IMG/VR virus record: IMGVR_UViG_2925282926_000001
Coordinates: 59,086 to 123,085 of that record
DNA from: a virus
Taxonomy: Duplodnaviria > Caudoviricetes
Reading direction: 5' to 3' (one strand)
DNA length: 64,000 nucleotides
Shown here: in pieces, positions 1 through 10,700 of the stretch
Position numbering within the stretch: position 1 is the stretch's first letter
How the letters are laid out: each line of letters opens with the position of its first letter
Program-made: the position numbers and the translations under genes
The notes under the pieces: model-generated
What the model saw: only the letters and a program-made list of their open reading frames with translations
Databases searched by the model: none
What the model was told of the DNA's origin: nothing

Positions 1-570
1 CTCTTTCGAATTGCCTGCGCCCCAAAACGCTGTGCCCGGACACGTCTTCGATGACTTTCCGGCCGTATAATCGCCGAGCCACGTTCCGTCCGCTTTATAC
101 CACGCGTGATAAACGATGGTGTTAACGGAAGGCGTAATCGATAACTTTTCGCACAGACAAGCGTACATGTGAGCGATTGTGTCCCGCTGCGCCTCCGTCA
201 TCGTATCCGCGCCCTTATCGAAGTTACCTACATGCTCGATACACAACGCGCCAGTGTTCGCGCCTTTAATGCCGGCTGGCGTTGAGTTGAGATTCCGGTC
301 GAGACTAATCGCAATCTTTCCGTCCTCGAACGTCGTGATATTCTGGCCTGTTCCGGACCACCCTTGTGATAAGTGAAACCTCCGCATGCCTTCAAGACAA
401 TCGAAATGATCTTGTTGCGCGAGGCCGGCGACCATTCTACGCGTGATGTAGTTAGGCGCGGCTGTGTGGTGAACTTGGAGGCGTTCAATTTTACGCGTAA
501 TATTCTGCGCCTTGAGCCAATCGCGGAACTCTCGCTGATCCATTAGTAGGAAGTTACCCTTCGTAATCAC
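1..570 (-). CDS. Endolysin, N-acetylmuramoyl-L-alanine amidase (Amidase_2-like), runs off window
   Basis: Manual translation from GTG at 570 after GGGGAG: MITKGNFLLMDQREFRDWL...LQVHHTAAPNY...CIEHVGNFD...YHAW...KTCPG; not in ORF track because truncated. Confidence 0.88.
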   Translation of the reverse strand, partial: MITKGNFLLMDQREFRDWLKAQNITRKIERLQVHHTAAPNYITRRMVAGLAQQDHFDCLEGMRRFHLSQGWSGTGQNITTFEDGKIAISLDRNLNSTPAGIKGANTGALCIEHVGNFDKGADTMTEAQRDTIAHMYACLCEKLSITPSVNTIVYHAWYKADGTWLGDYTAGKSSKTCPGTAFWGAGNSKE

Positions 571-571
571 G

Positions 572-880
572 TTATCTCTCCCCTTTCATTACGGACTTGA
601 TCTCCGTTACATCTAACGAAAGCCCTTCATACTGAGACGCAAGCGTTTCGAATCGTCCCGTTAAATCTTCCGCCAAACGCATGAGTCGTTCTTCTCTCCG
701 TAGCGCGTCCGAATACATCTGATCCTCGCGTTCTTTAGCGGCGGCCATCATGCGGTCTTCCCGTGCGCGCCCGTCGTCTTGTATCCGCGCCATCTGACGC
801 CACAAAAGGAATCCCGCCACGACGAATAGGACTGCAAATAGGCCCTCTTTAACCGCGCTATTAAATATCGCTTGCTCCAT
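572..880 (-). CDS. BhlA/UviB-like holin
   Basis: GLFAVLFV single TM followed by REDR coiled coil; directly upstream of amidase. Confidence 0.8.
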   Translation of the reverse strand: MEQAIFNSAVKEGLFAVLFVVAGFLLWRQMARIQDDGRAREDRMMAAAKEREDQMYSDALRREERLMRLAEDLTGRFETLASQYEGLSLDVTEIKSVMKGER

Positions 881-1076
881 CGCCGGCCGCCTCGCTTTCC
901 GCCGCCGCTTTTGTTTCTAACGCAGCTAATGCCGTTCCAATTTCGTAATCTAATGCGCGGAGAATTTCCGCCTGACCGTCCGTATGATACGCAAGGACTG
1001 CGGATATGACTGCGGCAAGCTCCGGTGCCGGTTGCGCCAGGTCTACGGTACATTCGAGTAGTGTGCGTGATTTCAT
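861..1076 (-). CDS. Hypothetical phage protein
   Basis: GGAGG SD, overlaps holin start. Confidence 0.6.
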   Translation of the reverse strand: MKSRTLLECTVDLAQPAPELAAVISAVLAYHTDGQAEILRALDYEIGTALAALETKAAAESEAAGDGASDI

Positions 1077-1152
1077 TGCGCGATTCCTCCGTTTCTATGC
1101 AACGCAAATAAGGCCCCGCCAATGTTGGCGAGACCCTGCGTTATTTATTCGT

Positions 1153-1692
1153 TTATTTTAGCGCGGCGAGTGCGGCTTCGGCTTGCGCGATATCCGCTCT
1201 TGTTGACGCGATTCTTTCGTCATAGCCCGCCAGTTGTGTTTCTCGCTCCTTGATTAGCGCTGAATCTGCGTTATCTTTCTTTAACGTAGCCAACTCCTCC
1301 GCGACCTCTTCGCGTTCCTTAAGATTCGGAGCAAGGATGCGGTCTTGTAGTATCGCCAAAGACTCCTGTATGCTCGCGGCTGATCTTCCGGAGTACTTAT
1401 TCTCAGTTGCTTCGACCGGAGATTCCTCCTCGCTTGTCGTCACGTTTATAGTCTTTCCGCTCACTTTTATATCCGCCCCTAACGCCTCAGATATTCCGCG
1501 AACAGGTACGTTGGCCTTCCCGTCGATAACAACACCTTTGTCAGCGAGCTTTTCCCCGTTAACTATAACGGTATACTCTCCGCTAACCTTCTTGCCGACG
1601 AGTGACTTAACGTTGTCCGCAAACGCGCCGGCGGATGTCGAAAGAACGAATCCGATCAATATACCACCGGCGATGTATGCTACTTTTTTCAT
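1153..1692 (-). CDS. Secreted stalk/copper-amine-oxidase-N-like protein with coiled-coil tail (moron)
   Basis: Signal peptide MKKVAYIAGG...AFA; VIVNG...IDGKANVPVRGISEALGADI motif; own promoter-like site upstream. Confidence 0.65.
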   Translation of the reverse strand: MKKVAYIAGGILIGFVLSTSAGAFADNVKSLVGKKVSGEYTVIVNGEKLADKGVVIDGKANVPVRGISEALGADIKVSGKTINVTTSEEESPVEATENKYSGRSAASIQESLAILQDRILAPNLKEREEVAEELATLKKDNADSALIKERETQLAGYDERIASTRADIAQAEAALAALK

Positions 1693-1733
1693 GCTTAACC
1701 CCTCCGCGAATTGGTGTATGGTTCATATTTCCT

Positions 1734-1763
1734 ATACTACCATTACGCGGCGGTTGTTGTGAA
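1734..1763 (-). promoter_or_regulatory. Putative SigA promoter for the moron gene
   Basis: TTCACA-18-TAGTAT with TG extension. Confidence 0.4.
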
Positions 1764-3896
1764 GGTTCCACCGCCAGATGTAGCGTTATCTGGATTACCG
1801 TGGTTGTGGTTCGGTACCGATACAGTATGCGTATGCCCAACGGATGATTTCCCGCTTAGTGCGTTCCAGATCGAATCAAGTTCCGCACGCAATCCGGATA
1901 TGCTTCCGATACCTAGACTCAATCCATTAACCGCACCGCCAAACGTAACCGCGCCCTGCAGACGGATAGGATTCGCAGTATTATTCGACCCGATTACGAT
2001 GCTGTTTCCGTACATCGTTAGCGTTCCGTTACTCGCGTAGGTGTTGATCTCTCCGACGGACGAACCGTTCGTATCCCGGAATATAAGCGCTGCAGCCGTC
2101 GCGTCGTCTGTCGTAGCGATCTGAATACGTACGCGTCCGGAGGCATCGTATGAACGGAATCCTTGTACGTCCAACTCTACACGACGCCCACTCGCAGCCG
2201 TCCGGATGAGCGACCCGGTTATCGTTCCGCCGACCGTCGTACTTCCCTCCGCGTACATATTGCCCGCGCTATCGACCGTAAACTTCCCGTTGCCGACGTT
2301 GATCGACGAGCCGACGATCGCACCATTCGTAAAGTTAGACGAGAATATATTCGCTGAGTTCGCGGTCAAACGGTTAGCTGTGACGTTTCCCTGCATATCA
2401 ACGCGGAAAGGCGCGGAGTTAAATACCGCGTGGCCTGACGCGATCCCGTTCGTGTTAATCTGCGTGACGTTATTCCCCGCGCCGATCAGTAGCGATACGA
2501 AGGAACCGAGTTGACCGACAATGGCCGGCGCTGCTATTCCGTTCGCATTGATCGCTGTCATCGCCGTAGCTCCGCCGTCCTTGCTGAAAATGATTCCGTT
2601 AGACGTCATGATGACTTGATTGCGCGCATCCGTTTTGTCCTGGAGAACGATACCGCGGTTATCGTACTTAACTTCGGTCTTCGAATTGTGTACATCATTA
2701 ACCGCCGCCTTAGCGAACGCCTCGAATACATCCGTCCGGATTGTTCCGTTGCTTATCAGATTGCTAACGATATTCTTCGATTTCTCAAGATCCGCGATAA
2801 TATCCGTCATATCCCGCAGCATCACGTTAGTAATCGTAACTTGCGATTGCTGCTCGTTACTATACGGGTATTCGACGAGCTCCGTAATCCGCGCACTAAT
2901 CCCGTCAATGCCAAGCGCAGGATCAACGCATTTAACCGTATCGCCGAGGCCGGGCGCAGGTTCCGCGCTATCTAACTTGTGAATGTCCGCAGCCGAAACG
3001 GATATTTCTAGCGCCGGTATTTCGCTCTCACGGAGAGCCTTCCGTTGGGCTTCGAGCAATTCCGTATATGACGTAATGTTCTGCTCGATAATCTCTCCGT
3101 CATAAAACGTGTTCACATCGGTCGCCCAATATTGCGCATACGGAGAAATCAGGTAATTGACCGCGAGATTGCCGCCAACAATTGCGCCAGGCACGGAGTT
3201 TAGCAGCGCCCGCTCATCAGCCGTTAACATCGACGTAGGCTGTCCGATAAGAGTCCGCCCATCTTTCATCTGCGCAAACATACGCGTCACAAGCGTGTTC
3301 GCATCGTCATTGAACGTTGATGATACGATATTCTTACGGATGCGGTACTGCAAGCCGACATCTCGGCCGATCTTCTTACGCAAGTGGATCACGTAATTGT
3401 CCGGCTCAATCTCCGCGCCATACATTGATACGACGGAGTTCAGCGCCTCAAGTGCGTTGCCTCGCCCGAAATCCTTAACGTCGAATAGCGGGAATGTATC
3501 GTCAATACTAAACGTGTACTTGCCGCCAGTTGCCGCGCTGATTGCCGTCGTGAGCTGCGAAATGTGAACGCCGTAAGCTTCCGATATATACGATGCGTAC
3601 GGGTATTTGTAATCCGCTAGTTTAAATAATACGTGTGAGCAATCGATGCGCGCGGTTAGTTTGCGACCTTCACGCACACGGCTCCGGTTGTTGATTACGT
3701 AATACTGGCCGCGATCATCCCGAACATGGCCTTTGAGTACGATTTTATCGAGGTAGTCCGCGGATGTCATCGGAACCGTAAACGATAGCGAGTAGTCCGA
3801 GTTGATGCGTCGGGTCCGCTGAATATCGCCCGCGTCTACGAGGATGCCGATACGCTTCCGATTCTTATCGTAGGATTCGAGGTATTTCTTCGCCAA
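1743..3896 (-). CDS. Tail endopeptidase-family / tail-associated minor structural (Tal-like) protein
   Basis: Prophage-tail N-terminus (RRINSDYSLSF...GLQYRIRKNI...TRMF), Gly/Ser/Thr-rich spike-like C-terminus; TTG start after AAGGAGG. Confidence 0.8.
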   Translation of the reverse strand: MAKKYLESYDKNRKRIGILVDAGDIQRTRRINSDYSLSFTVPMTSADYLDKIVLKGHVRDDRGQYYVINNRSRVREGRKLTARIDCSHVLFKLADYKYPYASYISEAYGVHISQLTTAISAATGGKYTFSIDDTFPLFDVKDFGRGNALEALNSVVSMYGAEIEPDNYVIHLRKKIGRDVGLQYRIRKNIVSSTFNDDANTLVTRMFAQMKDGRTLIGQPTSMLTADERALLNSVPGAIVGGNLAVNYLISPYAQYWATDVNTFYDGEIIEQNITSYTELLEAQRKALRESEIPALEISVSAADIHKLDSAEPAPGLGDTVKCVDPALGIDGISARITELVEYPYSNEQQSQVTITNVMLRDMTDIIADLEKSKNIVSNLISNGTIRTDVFEAFAKAAVNDVHNSKTEVKYDNRGIVLQDKTDARNQVIMTSNGIIFSKDGGATAMTAINANGIAAPAIVGQLGSFVSLLIGAGNNVTQINTNGIASGHAVFNSAPFRVDMQGNVTANRLTANSANIFSSNFTNGAIVGSSINVGNGKFTVDSAGNMYAEGSTTVGGTITGSLIRTAASGRRVELDVQGFRSYDASGRVRIQIATTDDATAAALIFRDTNGSSVGEINTYASNGTLTMYGNSIVIGSNNTANPIRLQGAVTFGGAVNGLSLGIGSISGLRAELDSIWNALSGKSSVGHTHTVSVPNHNHGNPDNATSGGGTFTTTAA

Positions 3897-3916
3897 GTGT
3901 GCGCCTCCTTTCCGTA

Positions 3917-4438
3917 TTAATAGAGGAATTTATCGCGATGCGTTACGCGTGTCCGAACGTTGCGCGCCGTTTCCGAATCGCTATACGTCAGTTTATTCGC
4001 GCCATAAACGAGGTCGAAGAAGTCGCCGGTCATTAAGTGCAGCGCGTTCTCCCCGTTAATCGTAATCGTCTGACGTGCGGTATCAATAACGATGACGTCG
4101 CCCGGTCGAAATGTTCCCGTTAATCCGATTTCGTTAATATGCGCGTGAGTTACGGTAACGACGAAATCGGTCGCCGTAGTTATGGACGCGCCAAATAACC
4201 GCTCACGGACTAATTGCGCAAGCATCTCGGTGGCTGTCGTTATTTCCGCCGTCATCGCCATTTCGCGGATAAACTCCGCGGTTAAGTCCGTCGCACTTTC
4301 GAATGTAACCATAACGGGAAAGTCCACGCTGATTCGCGCAGACAAGTCCGTCGCTGATTCGATTGCTACGGTGAATAGCGCCTCGAATGAGAGTGTTCGG
4401 TTAAACGGCGAACGGTTGAACGGCGCGCGATTAAACAT
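3917..4438 (-). CDS. Distal-tail/baseplate component
   Basis: MFNRAPFNRSPFNR start; PGDVIVIDT...INGEN...GDFFDLVYGANKL Dit-C-like motif. Confidence 0.7.
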   Translation of the reverse strand: MFNRAPFNRSPFNRTLSFEALFTVAIESATDLSARISVDFPVMVTFESATDLTAEFIREMAMTAEITTATEMLAQLVRERLFGASITTATDFVVTVTHAHINEIGLTGTFRPGDVIVIDTARQTITINGENALHLMTGDFFDLVYGANKLTYSDSETARNVRTRVTHRDKFLY

Positions 4439-4646
4439 CAGGACCGCCACCGACCGTTTCCGCGTATTCATCCTCCGTGATCCATCCGTTAGCGAGAGCG
4501 CGGTCGAAATCCGTTTTGGTATACGTAGCCGACGCGTACTCTTTAACTGGCGTGACGTAGACGGTCATGATGTCCGGAAATGACTTCGTGCCGTGACGGT
4601 AGATTGCGGTTGAATACGCGACTTTTAGCGAGTTGATGATAGCCAT
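4431..4646 (-). CDS. XkdX-like small tail protein
   Basis: C-terminal ANGWITEDEYAE motif. Confidence 0.6.
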   Translation of the reverse strand: MAIINSLKVAYSTAIYRHGTKSFPDIMTVYVTPVKEYASATYTKTDFDRALANGWITEDEYAETVGGGPDV

Positions 4647-4951
4647 TACGCAGCACCTCCGTTAGCCAGCGTTTCCCAAATGTCGATGATCGCAAGGTTA
4701 AGGCTGGCCGCTTCTACTTCAGTGGCAGAAACACGTTGTTCCAACTCCGTTAACCCCTCAACTGGTGTACCCTGCTCTGATTCAGATTTCAACGATTCGT
4801 CCAACACCGCTTTTCCGTTTTGCCAACGAAAGTATCCAGCGTTTATCCCGATGGGTAGCGGTGTTGGGATATCAACTTCCTGGTAACCTACATATTCGTA
4901 CTCAATAATATCGCGGATGATGTCGCCATCCAATTTGATATAAAACTTCAT
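4646..4951 (-). CDS. Tail fibre chaperone-like protein
   Basis: Follows fibre gene; C-terminal ELEQRV...LAIIDIWE coil. Confidence 0.5.
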   Translation of the reverse strand: MKFYIKLDGDIIRDIIEYEYVGYQEVDIPTPLPIGINAGYFRWQNGKAVLDESLKSESEQGTPVEGLTELEQRVSATEVEAASLNLAIIDIWETLANGGAA

Positions 4952-4961
4952 AAGGCACCTC

Positions 4962-6815
4962 CTATTGAATTAAAGCGATGATCTTACGACTGTCTCCGGA
5001 TGATCCGCCTTCTTTGGCGTAACCAATAACTCCAACGTCTGTCTCTGACATAAGAGCACCCATGCTGCCTACCTTTGCGACCTTCTCATTGGGTACTTTA
5101 AATACGTTGACATATGGAGAAGTATTAGATACGAGAGCTAAGTAACTTCCGTCAGGAGATATCGATAATCGGTTTGCAGATTGACTCTTTGCATCTCTTG
5201 AGTCAGTAGCCCGGCACACCTGATCTCCTCGTTGGCTATATGTCAGAATGTCTGGACTGTTGTTAGACTGGACTAAGAATAGTTTCATTTTGCTCGGATG
5301 ATACACTACATCCGATGATTGAACAGGAGTTTTAGTCTGAGTATCAGGAACTTTACTGAAAACATCTCCTACACGCTTGTATGTTATTAATGTAGCTCCG
5401 CCGAAATGCGCAACTGTTAGATAATTTTCGTCATATGAAAAATCAAGACCTCCACCTAGTCCGGGAGGAACTATGGAAGGGTCTGTGATCTTTGACAATA
5501 TGTCACCAGATCGTTTGTAAATCAAGATATACGGGGCTACTGTGTAAGAAATTGCTATAAATACACCGGAAGGTGAGATTGCAATATTTCTAGGTGTGCT
5601 AGAAAGCGGATTAACACTCGGGTCAGCCAATTTTGTGAAAGTGTCACCTGAACGCTTATACATCGCAAAATAAGGAGATACAGAAAGTGTCATATAAATA
5701 TAAGTTCCGTCGTTAGCAGCACGGATGTATGTTACAGATCCTCCCGGTAACACTGTCGGGTCAGGCAACTTAGTAAAGGTATCACCAGAACGCTTATAGA
5801 TCATAAAGTAAGGAGATCCATTAACACCTACATAAAGGTAATCTCCATTCGGCGAGAATGCCAATCCGTTTGGTATGCCTCCAGGCAGAACACTCGGGTT
5901 GGCTAATTTGGTGAATACATCCCCTGAGCGCTTGTATATCAATAGAAACGGGGTAGCATTCGACCCTACAGCCATATAATCGTTTGTCATGGCTATTCCG
6001 ATGCTTGCCGCAGGAGGAGTTGTTGACAGAGCTGGTAACAGTTCTAATGGCGGAGTATACATCCTTACCATATCCCCTTGCGCGATATCCTCGCTATAGG
6101 TGACTGTCATTTCCGTCTGACCAGGTATTTCCACCTCCCCTCCGCCACTATCTGCTAAAAAATCCGACCCTACTTTGCGGAATGTGTACGGCTTTCCAAC
6201 CAACAGATCACCAGATCCGTAGGCTGTGCCGTCCTGTTTCTTGAGCGAAACCGCACCTAGACCGTTGATATTGACAGTAGGGTTTGTCGCACTTGCTACG
6301 TGTGGTACTAGCGTTATCCCAAACCCGTCAGGTAGTGATCCAGGCGCAGGATTTAACGTAACTACATATGCGGAGGACGTTCCGGCAGTCGTGGCGTACC
6401 CCGGTTGACGGATGTAGTTCGCAGTAACCGCGCCAATCTTCTCGTCAGTATAGGTATTAGCGTCGTCCAACGCCTCATCCGCAAAGCTCTGCGCGGAAAC
6501 GATAACATCCGAAATATTAGCGCGGCCGGCCTCGTAGTCATACGCCGTGTGATTCCGCGCCGCCGGTGATCCAGCCGCCCACCCTTTCGCAGTTCCTTCG
6601 AATCCACGCGTACATCCGGTGAGCGTGTTGCCCGTTTTCCCCGTATATAAGATCGTTTCGGCAGTCTCATCGCCGCCCACCGTTACGAGGTTCGGAGCCG
6701 TCGGCAGTTTAGACGCGTCGAGTACGTCAATGCTCGTAGCTGATGCGGTAATATCTGCGGCGAGCTCCGTTCCCGGACTGTTTACCATCGCCGCGTACAT
6801 CGGTAATTGCGCCAT
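4962..6815 (-). CDS. Tail fibre / receptor-binding protein with beta-propeller repeats
   Basis: Conserved N-terminus, DFLADSGG junction, then ~44-aa repeats YKRSGDxFTKLxDPxVLP; lower GC 3' part. Confidence 0.8.
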   Translation of the reverse strand: MAQLPMYAAMVNSPGTELAADITASATSIDVLDASKLPTAPNLVTVGGDETAETILYTGKTGNTLTGCTRGFEGTAKGWAAGSPAARNHTAYDYEAGRANISDVIVSAQSFADEALDDANTYTDEKIGAVTANYIRQPGYATTAGTSSAYVVTLNPAPGSLPDGFGITLVPHVASATNPTVNINGLGAVSLKKQDGTAYGSGDLLVGKPYTFRKVGSDFLADSGGGEVEIPGQTEMTVTYSEDIAQGDMVRMYTPPLELLPALSTTPPAASIGIAMTNDYMAVGSNATPFLLIYKRSGDVFTKLANPSVLPGGIPNGLAFSPNGDYLYVGVNGSPYFMIYKRSGDTFTKLPDPTVLPGGSVTYIRAANDGTYIYMTLSVSPYFAMYKRSGDTFTKLADPSVNPLSSTPRNIAISPSGVFIAISYTVAPYILIYKRSGDILSKITDPSIVPPGLGGGLDFSYDENYLTVAHFGGATLITYKRVGDVFSKVPDTQTKTPVQSSDVVYHPSKMKLFLVQSNNSPDILTYSQRGDQVCRATDSRDAKSQSANRLSISPDGSYLALVSNTSPYVNVFKVPNEKVAKVGSMGALMSETDVGVIGYAKEGGSSGDSRKIIALIQ

Positions 6816-6837
6816 CTAATCTACTCCTTTCTCCACC

Positions 6838-7236
6838 TTAATTCGTAAATTTAACGGATGTGCCGCCCGTTAGAAACTTCGGCTTGTCGCCCGTTTGAAT
6901 CGTGCGCGGATTGTCGACCGCTTTTGACCACAGGAGATTTCCGCCAGTCAACGCGCTCCGTAACCCGACGTGAGTTACGAGGCCCCAATCCGCCGTAGCC
7001 GTAGGAAATTCGATGTCAGCCGCGTTTTTCACCGTTTGATTGCCGGTTTCTAGCGCAGGAGCCGCGAAGGTAATCGGAATCCTTACATAGCCACCGCCTG
7101 TTACTTCCGAGCCTGTGTCCGCCGGAGTTGGGTCGGACTTGTATAACGCGACGTATATCGTAGTGGGCGCAGTAAACGTAATTCCGCGCAATACGTGGTT
7201 GAGGATTGCGGCCGATAGATAATTCGAAATATTCAA
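6838..7236 (-). CDS. Minor tail/baseplate protein
   Basis: SNYL...YVALYKSDP...EVTGGGYVR...FPTATADWG motif common in siphophage tails. Confidence 0.75.
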   Translation of the reverse strand: MNISNYLSAAILNHVLRGITFTAPTTIYVALYKSDPTPADTGSEVTGGGYVRIPITFAAPALETGNQTVKNAADIEFPTATADWGLVTHVGLRSALTGGNLLWSKAVDNPRTIQTGDKPKFLTGGTSVKFTN

Positions 7237-7247
7237 AGTAACGCCTC

Positions 7248-7790
7248 CTAAATTGTGTATTCGTTCGTAATTCGGAAACTCCGGATCGTTGTCGTGCCGG
7301 TATTCGTCAGCGTAATGATCGGTTGCGCGTTAACGTCTGCCGCAGAATCAACGGTTATTGTTTCGGGCGACTTTGTGATCTCAACTTCCGTAACTTTCTC
7401 CGCGCCAGTCGGCCACGGGTCGTTCATCTTAAGTTCAACGGTAAGCTCTCGCGATCCGGTAGCTCCGAGCGCAAGCGTCCCGTTATAAACCGCTCGATAA
7501 TACTTGCCGGGCATATCCGCAAACTCTAACGTAATTTCGCCGCGTTTTGCGTTGAACATACGCGCTAATTGCGCCAGCGTCGCATGGAACTGAGTGCCGG
7601 GCGACGTAATAAATAGCGTCAGTCCGATCGTCCTCGCTCCGTAGGTGCTGCCGAAATCCAATTCGCCGTCCGTGTCTGCAAGCTTAACGGTATAGTCGTC
7701 AGACTCTGGCAAAACAGGAAGACGCCGCTCAAGAAGAGCAGCGCCTACAGACGATAGCCATACGTTATTCACTTTTACATCCGGTTTCAT
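7248..7790 (-). CDS. Distal tail protein (Dit)
   Basis: Immediately after tape measure; LEFADMPGKYY...MNDP motif. Confidence 0.8.
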   Translation of the reverse strand: MKPDVKVNNVWLSSVGAALLERRLPVLPESDDYTVKLADTDGELDFGSTYGARTIGLTLFITSPGTQFHATLAQLARMFNAKRGEITLEFADMPGKYYRAVYNGTLALGATGSRELTVELKMNDPWPTGAEKVTEVEITKSPETITVDSAADVNAQPIITLTNTGTTTIRSFRITNEYTI

Positions 7791-10700
7791 CGCGTTTTCA
7801 CCCCTTGCGTTTGAAGACGTTGAGCTACGCGGGCGCGCTCGTTATACAGTGTCTCAGTGTCAGCGCGATCCGTAAGTGTGACGTCATTAACGGACATATC
7901 GATATGGTTGACGACTTGCGTAGGAGCCGCAGTTGTATCCGAAGGACCTGCCGCAATCATCCGGAAGAGGTTACCGATTTGCGCGTCATTCAAGATCATT
8001 TCGCCTGCGTGCGCGATTACCGGAACTGCAGAACCTGACGCGCCTTGAACAACGCCGCCTACTTTAAATTGCTGCAGCTTCCCGGTATCCTTGTCGATGC
8101 CGTAGAGCTTACGCAGCTCCTCATTACGGGCCGTCAACCGCGCCATCTCTGCGCTATCACCTTTCGACTTAGCCGCCGCCCACGCGTCTTTATTCGCGTT
8201 GTACTCCGTAAGGTCGGACGACGCTCCTACGCCAGAAGGACCGGCACTGAGCGTAGCCATCTTCGCGTTATACTCGGTGACGAACGAATCTAGCGACGTG
8301 AGTATAGTTGCGTTGGCCTCTGCGTTAGCGTTCTTGCGGAACTCGGAGATTGCCGATTCGATAAACTTAACGTCATCCGCATGATTCTCGAACGCGTCCT
8401 TCAAGTTATCGTATTGGCGCTGCGCCTCCGTTTTCTCATCGTCAAAGGCGGAGCTGCGTTCGTCCTTCGCGTCCTGTAGCGCCTGCTTCTGCGATTCGAG
8501 TTCGCGCTTGCGGAGTTCGCGGTCGTGTTCGAGTTCCATGCGTTCAACCTCTTTGATGAGGTCTTCGCGCTCCTGGATTCCTTCCGGACCAACTGCGGAC
8601 GACAACAAGTCTATGCGCGCAAGCTTTTCCGCACGTTGCGTTTCCCAATCCGCGTCAGAGTTGTATTCCGCTTCTTTCGCAAGCAGACGATCGATCGCCG
8701 CAATCTTCTCGTCTACTTCCGCGATGTACGCCTTCTTACGCTCATCAATCGCAGCGAGGTCGGCCTTTAACGCGGCGTCAATATTCGTCTTCTCCGTTTT
8801 CAAGAGCTGATCCGCAATCTTCTCCGTTTCGCTGACGAGTTTCTTACGCAGATTATAAAGCTGATCCTCCGCCTTCTCGTAGTACTCCGAATCCTTTTTA
8901 TGGCGATCTCTTACGCGCGTCCAGGCGTCAATCTTCATCTGCGTAATCTCGAGTTCCGATTTGCCGGCGGTTTCCATACGGCGTTCTTCCTTACCGATCC
9001 ATTTCTCGGATGCGGAGTATGCGTCGGCTACCGCTTGCTCGTTTGCCTTAACGAGATCCTTGCGCGCTTTGTACAGCGCTTCGTCAACGTCTTTGTACTC
9101 GTCGGAGTCTTTCTTGTAGCGGTCACGTACGCGAGTGAGGGCGGAGATCTTCATTTCCGCGATTGCTACTTCGGACTTGCCGGAATCCTCCATGCGGCGC
9201 TCCTCTTTGTCGATCCACGTCATCGAGAAGTCATAGCGCGATTTAACACTATCCTCCTGCAGCCGCTTGAGCTGCAAATTGAGTGTACGCGCATCCTCAA
9301 CCGTTTCCTTGAGGTGCTGCGCGTGAGCCTTCCGCAACTTCTCGTACGCCTTAATCTGCTGTTCCGCCGACCAATCGTACATCTCCGCTTGATAACGAAT
9401 AGATGCGAGGTCTGCATTATAGGCTTTATCGCGTAGGTCTTGAGCGACTTCCGCAGCGGATTTTTCCTTCTTAGCCTTGCTCGATGCTGCCTTCTTGGAT
9501 TTCGGGGTCTTCTCCTTGACCGCGGAGAATTTACCGGTCGGATTCGCTTTCGCGTAGGCTGATCCCGATTTAAGCGACTCTTTTGCACGTGCCACTTCCA
9601 GCGCGGCTTGTTGAGCCTTGACCTGCTGATCGTACAATCCGGATAGCTGCTCTTCCGCCCCTCCGCTCGCAAACGTCTCAAACGACTTGTTCACACTAAA
9701 TCCACCGACAGCAGTTACGCTCTTTTTGAAAGGAGCGGACTGTACGCCTGCAACAGCGCTCATCGCTTTCGCAAGACTTTCGAGGTTACTTATCTGCGCC
9801 TCAATAGACGCTTTGTTCGCGTTAGCCATCGCCTGCAGGTTGTCGATATACGCGTTAGCCGCTGCCGCAGACTGATCGATAAACGACCGTTCCGCCGCGA
9901 TATGATCCTCGATAACGTCGATGTTCTGGCCGCGGATTCGTCCGGATTCGTCCATCTTGGCGTTTAGGTCCGGATACTGTTTGCGGAGTGCTTCCGTTGT
10001 GTTGATTAGCTCTTGTTTCTGCGCATCATCCAACGTCTGAGCCGATGACAACGTTTTGAAACGCTCCAGTAACGCTTCCATCGATTCCACTTGACGGTAC
10101 TTCGCGGCAATGTCCGCAATCTCCGCCTCTTTCATCGCAAGGAGTGCCGGCGTTGATTCGTTAATTGCGTCATTCATTTCGCCAAGCTTGCTAGTCGCGT
10201 CCTCGATTCCGTCATATCCCATCGTGCGAAGCTTATTGTCCATTTCCGACAGTTGATCGTTGATTTCCAGCATCTCCGTTAACAACGCAGGTGTTCCGAG
10301 CCCTTGTTCTTGTAGCGATTCGATTTCAGATAGCCGTTGTTGGAGGTTAGCGCGCTCATCGAGTGCTGTGTTCAAGTCTTCGGTCTTCTCCTGTAGCAGC
10401 TCAACGTCCTTAATCGTACGCTCCATCGGAGACTGGTTAAGCGTCTGGTTCAACGACTTTTGAGCCTCGTCATGTTTACGTGCCGCTTCTGCCGCGGAGT
10501 TATTACTGGATACTAGTGCCGAAATCCCCGCCGCAACAATTCCGAGTGTTACAGATATCGCGAGTAAGATAGGATTCGTGACAACCAAGGCTTTAAGAGC
10601 AACCGATAATGCTCGGATAGCCACAATCGCGCCCAAGATAAGCGGAGTTACCGTTGCAAATGTTACGATTGACGCCTGCATAGCGGGATTAAGGTTGTTG

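Noticed and set aside
6156-6162. T TTT TTA slippery-like heptamer at the fibre junction
   Set aside because: Both shifted frames stop within three codons; no support beyond the heptamer
4962-6815. Diversity-generating retroelement or shufflon acting on the fibre
   Set aside because: No reverse transcriptase, template repeat, invertase or inverted cassettes in the window; repeats are at protein level
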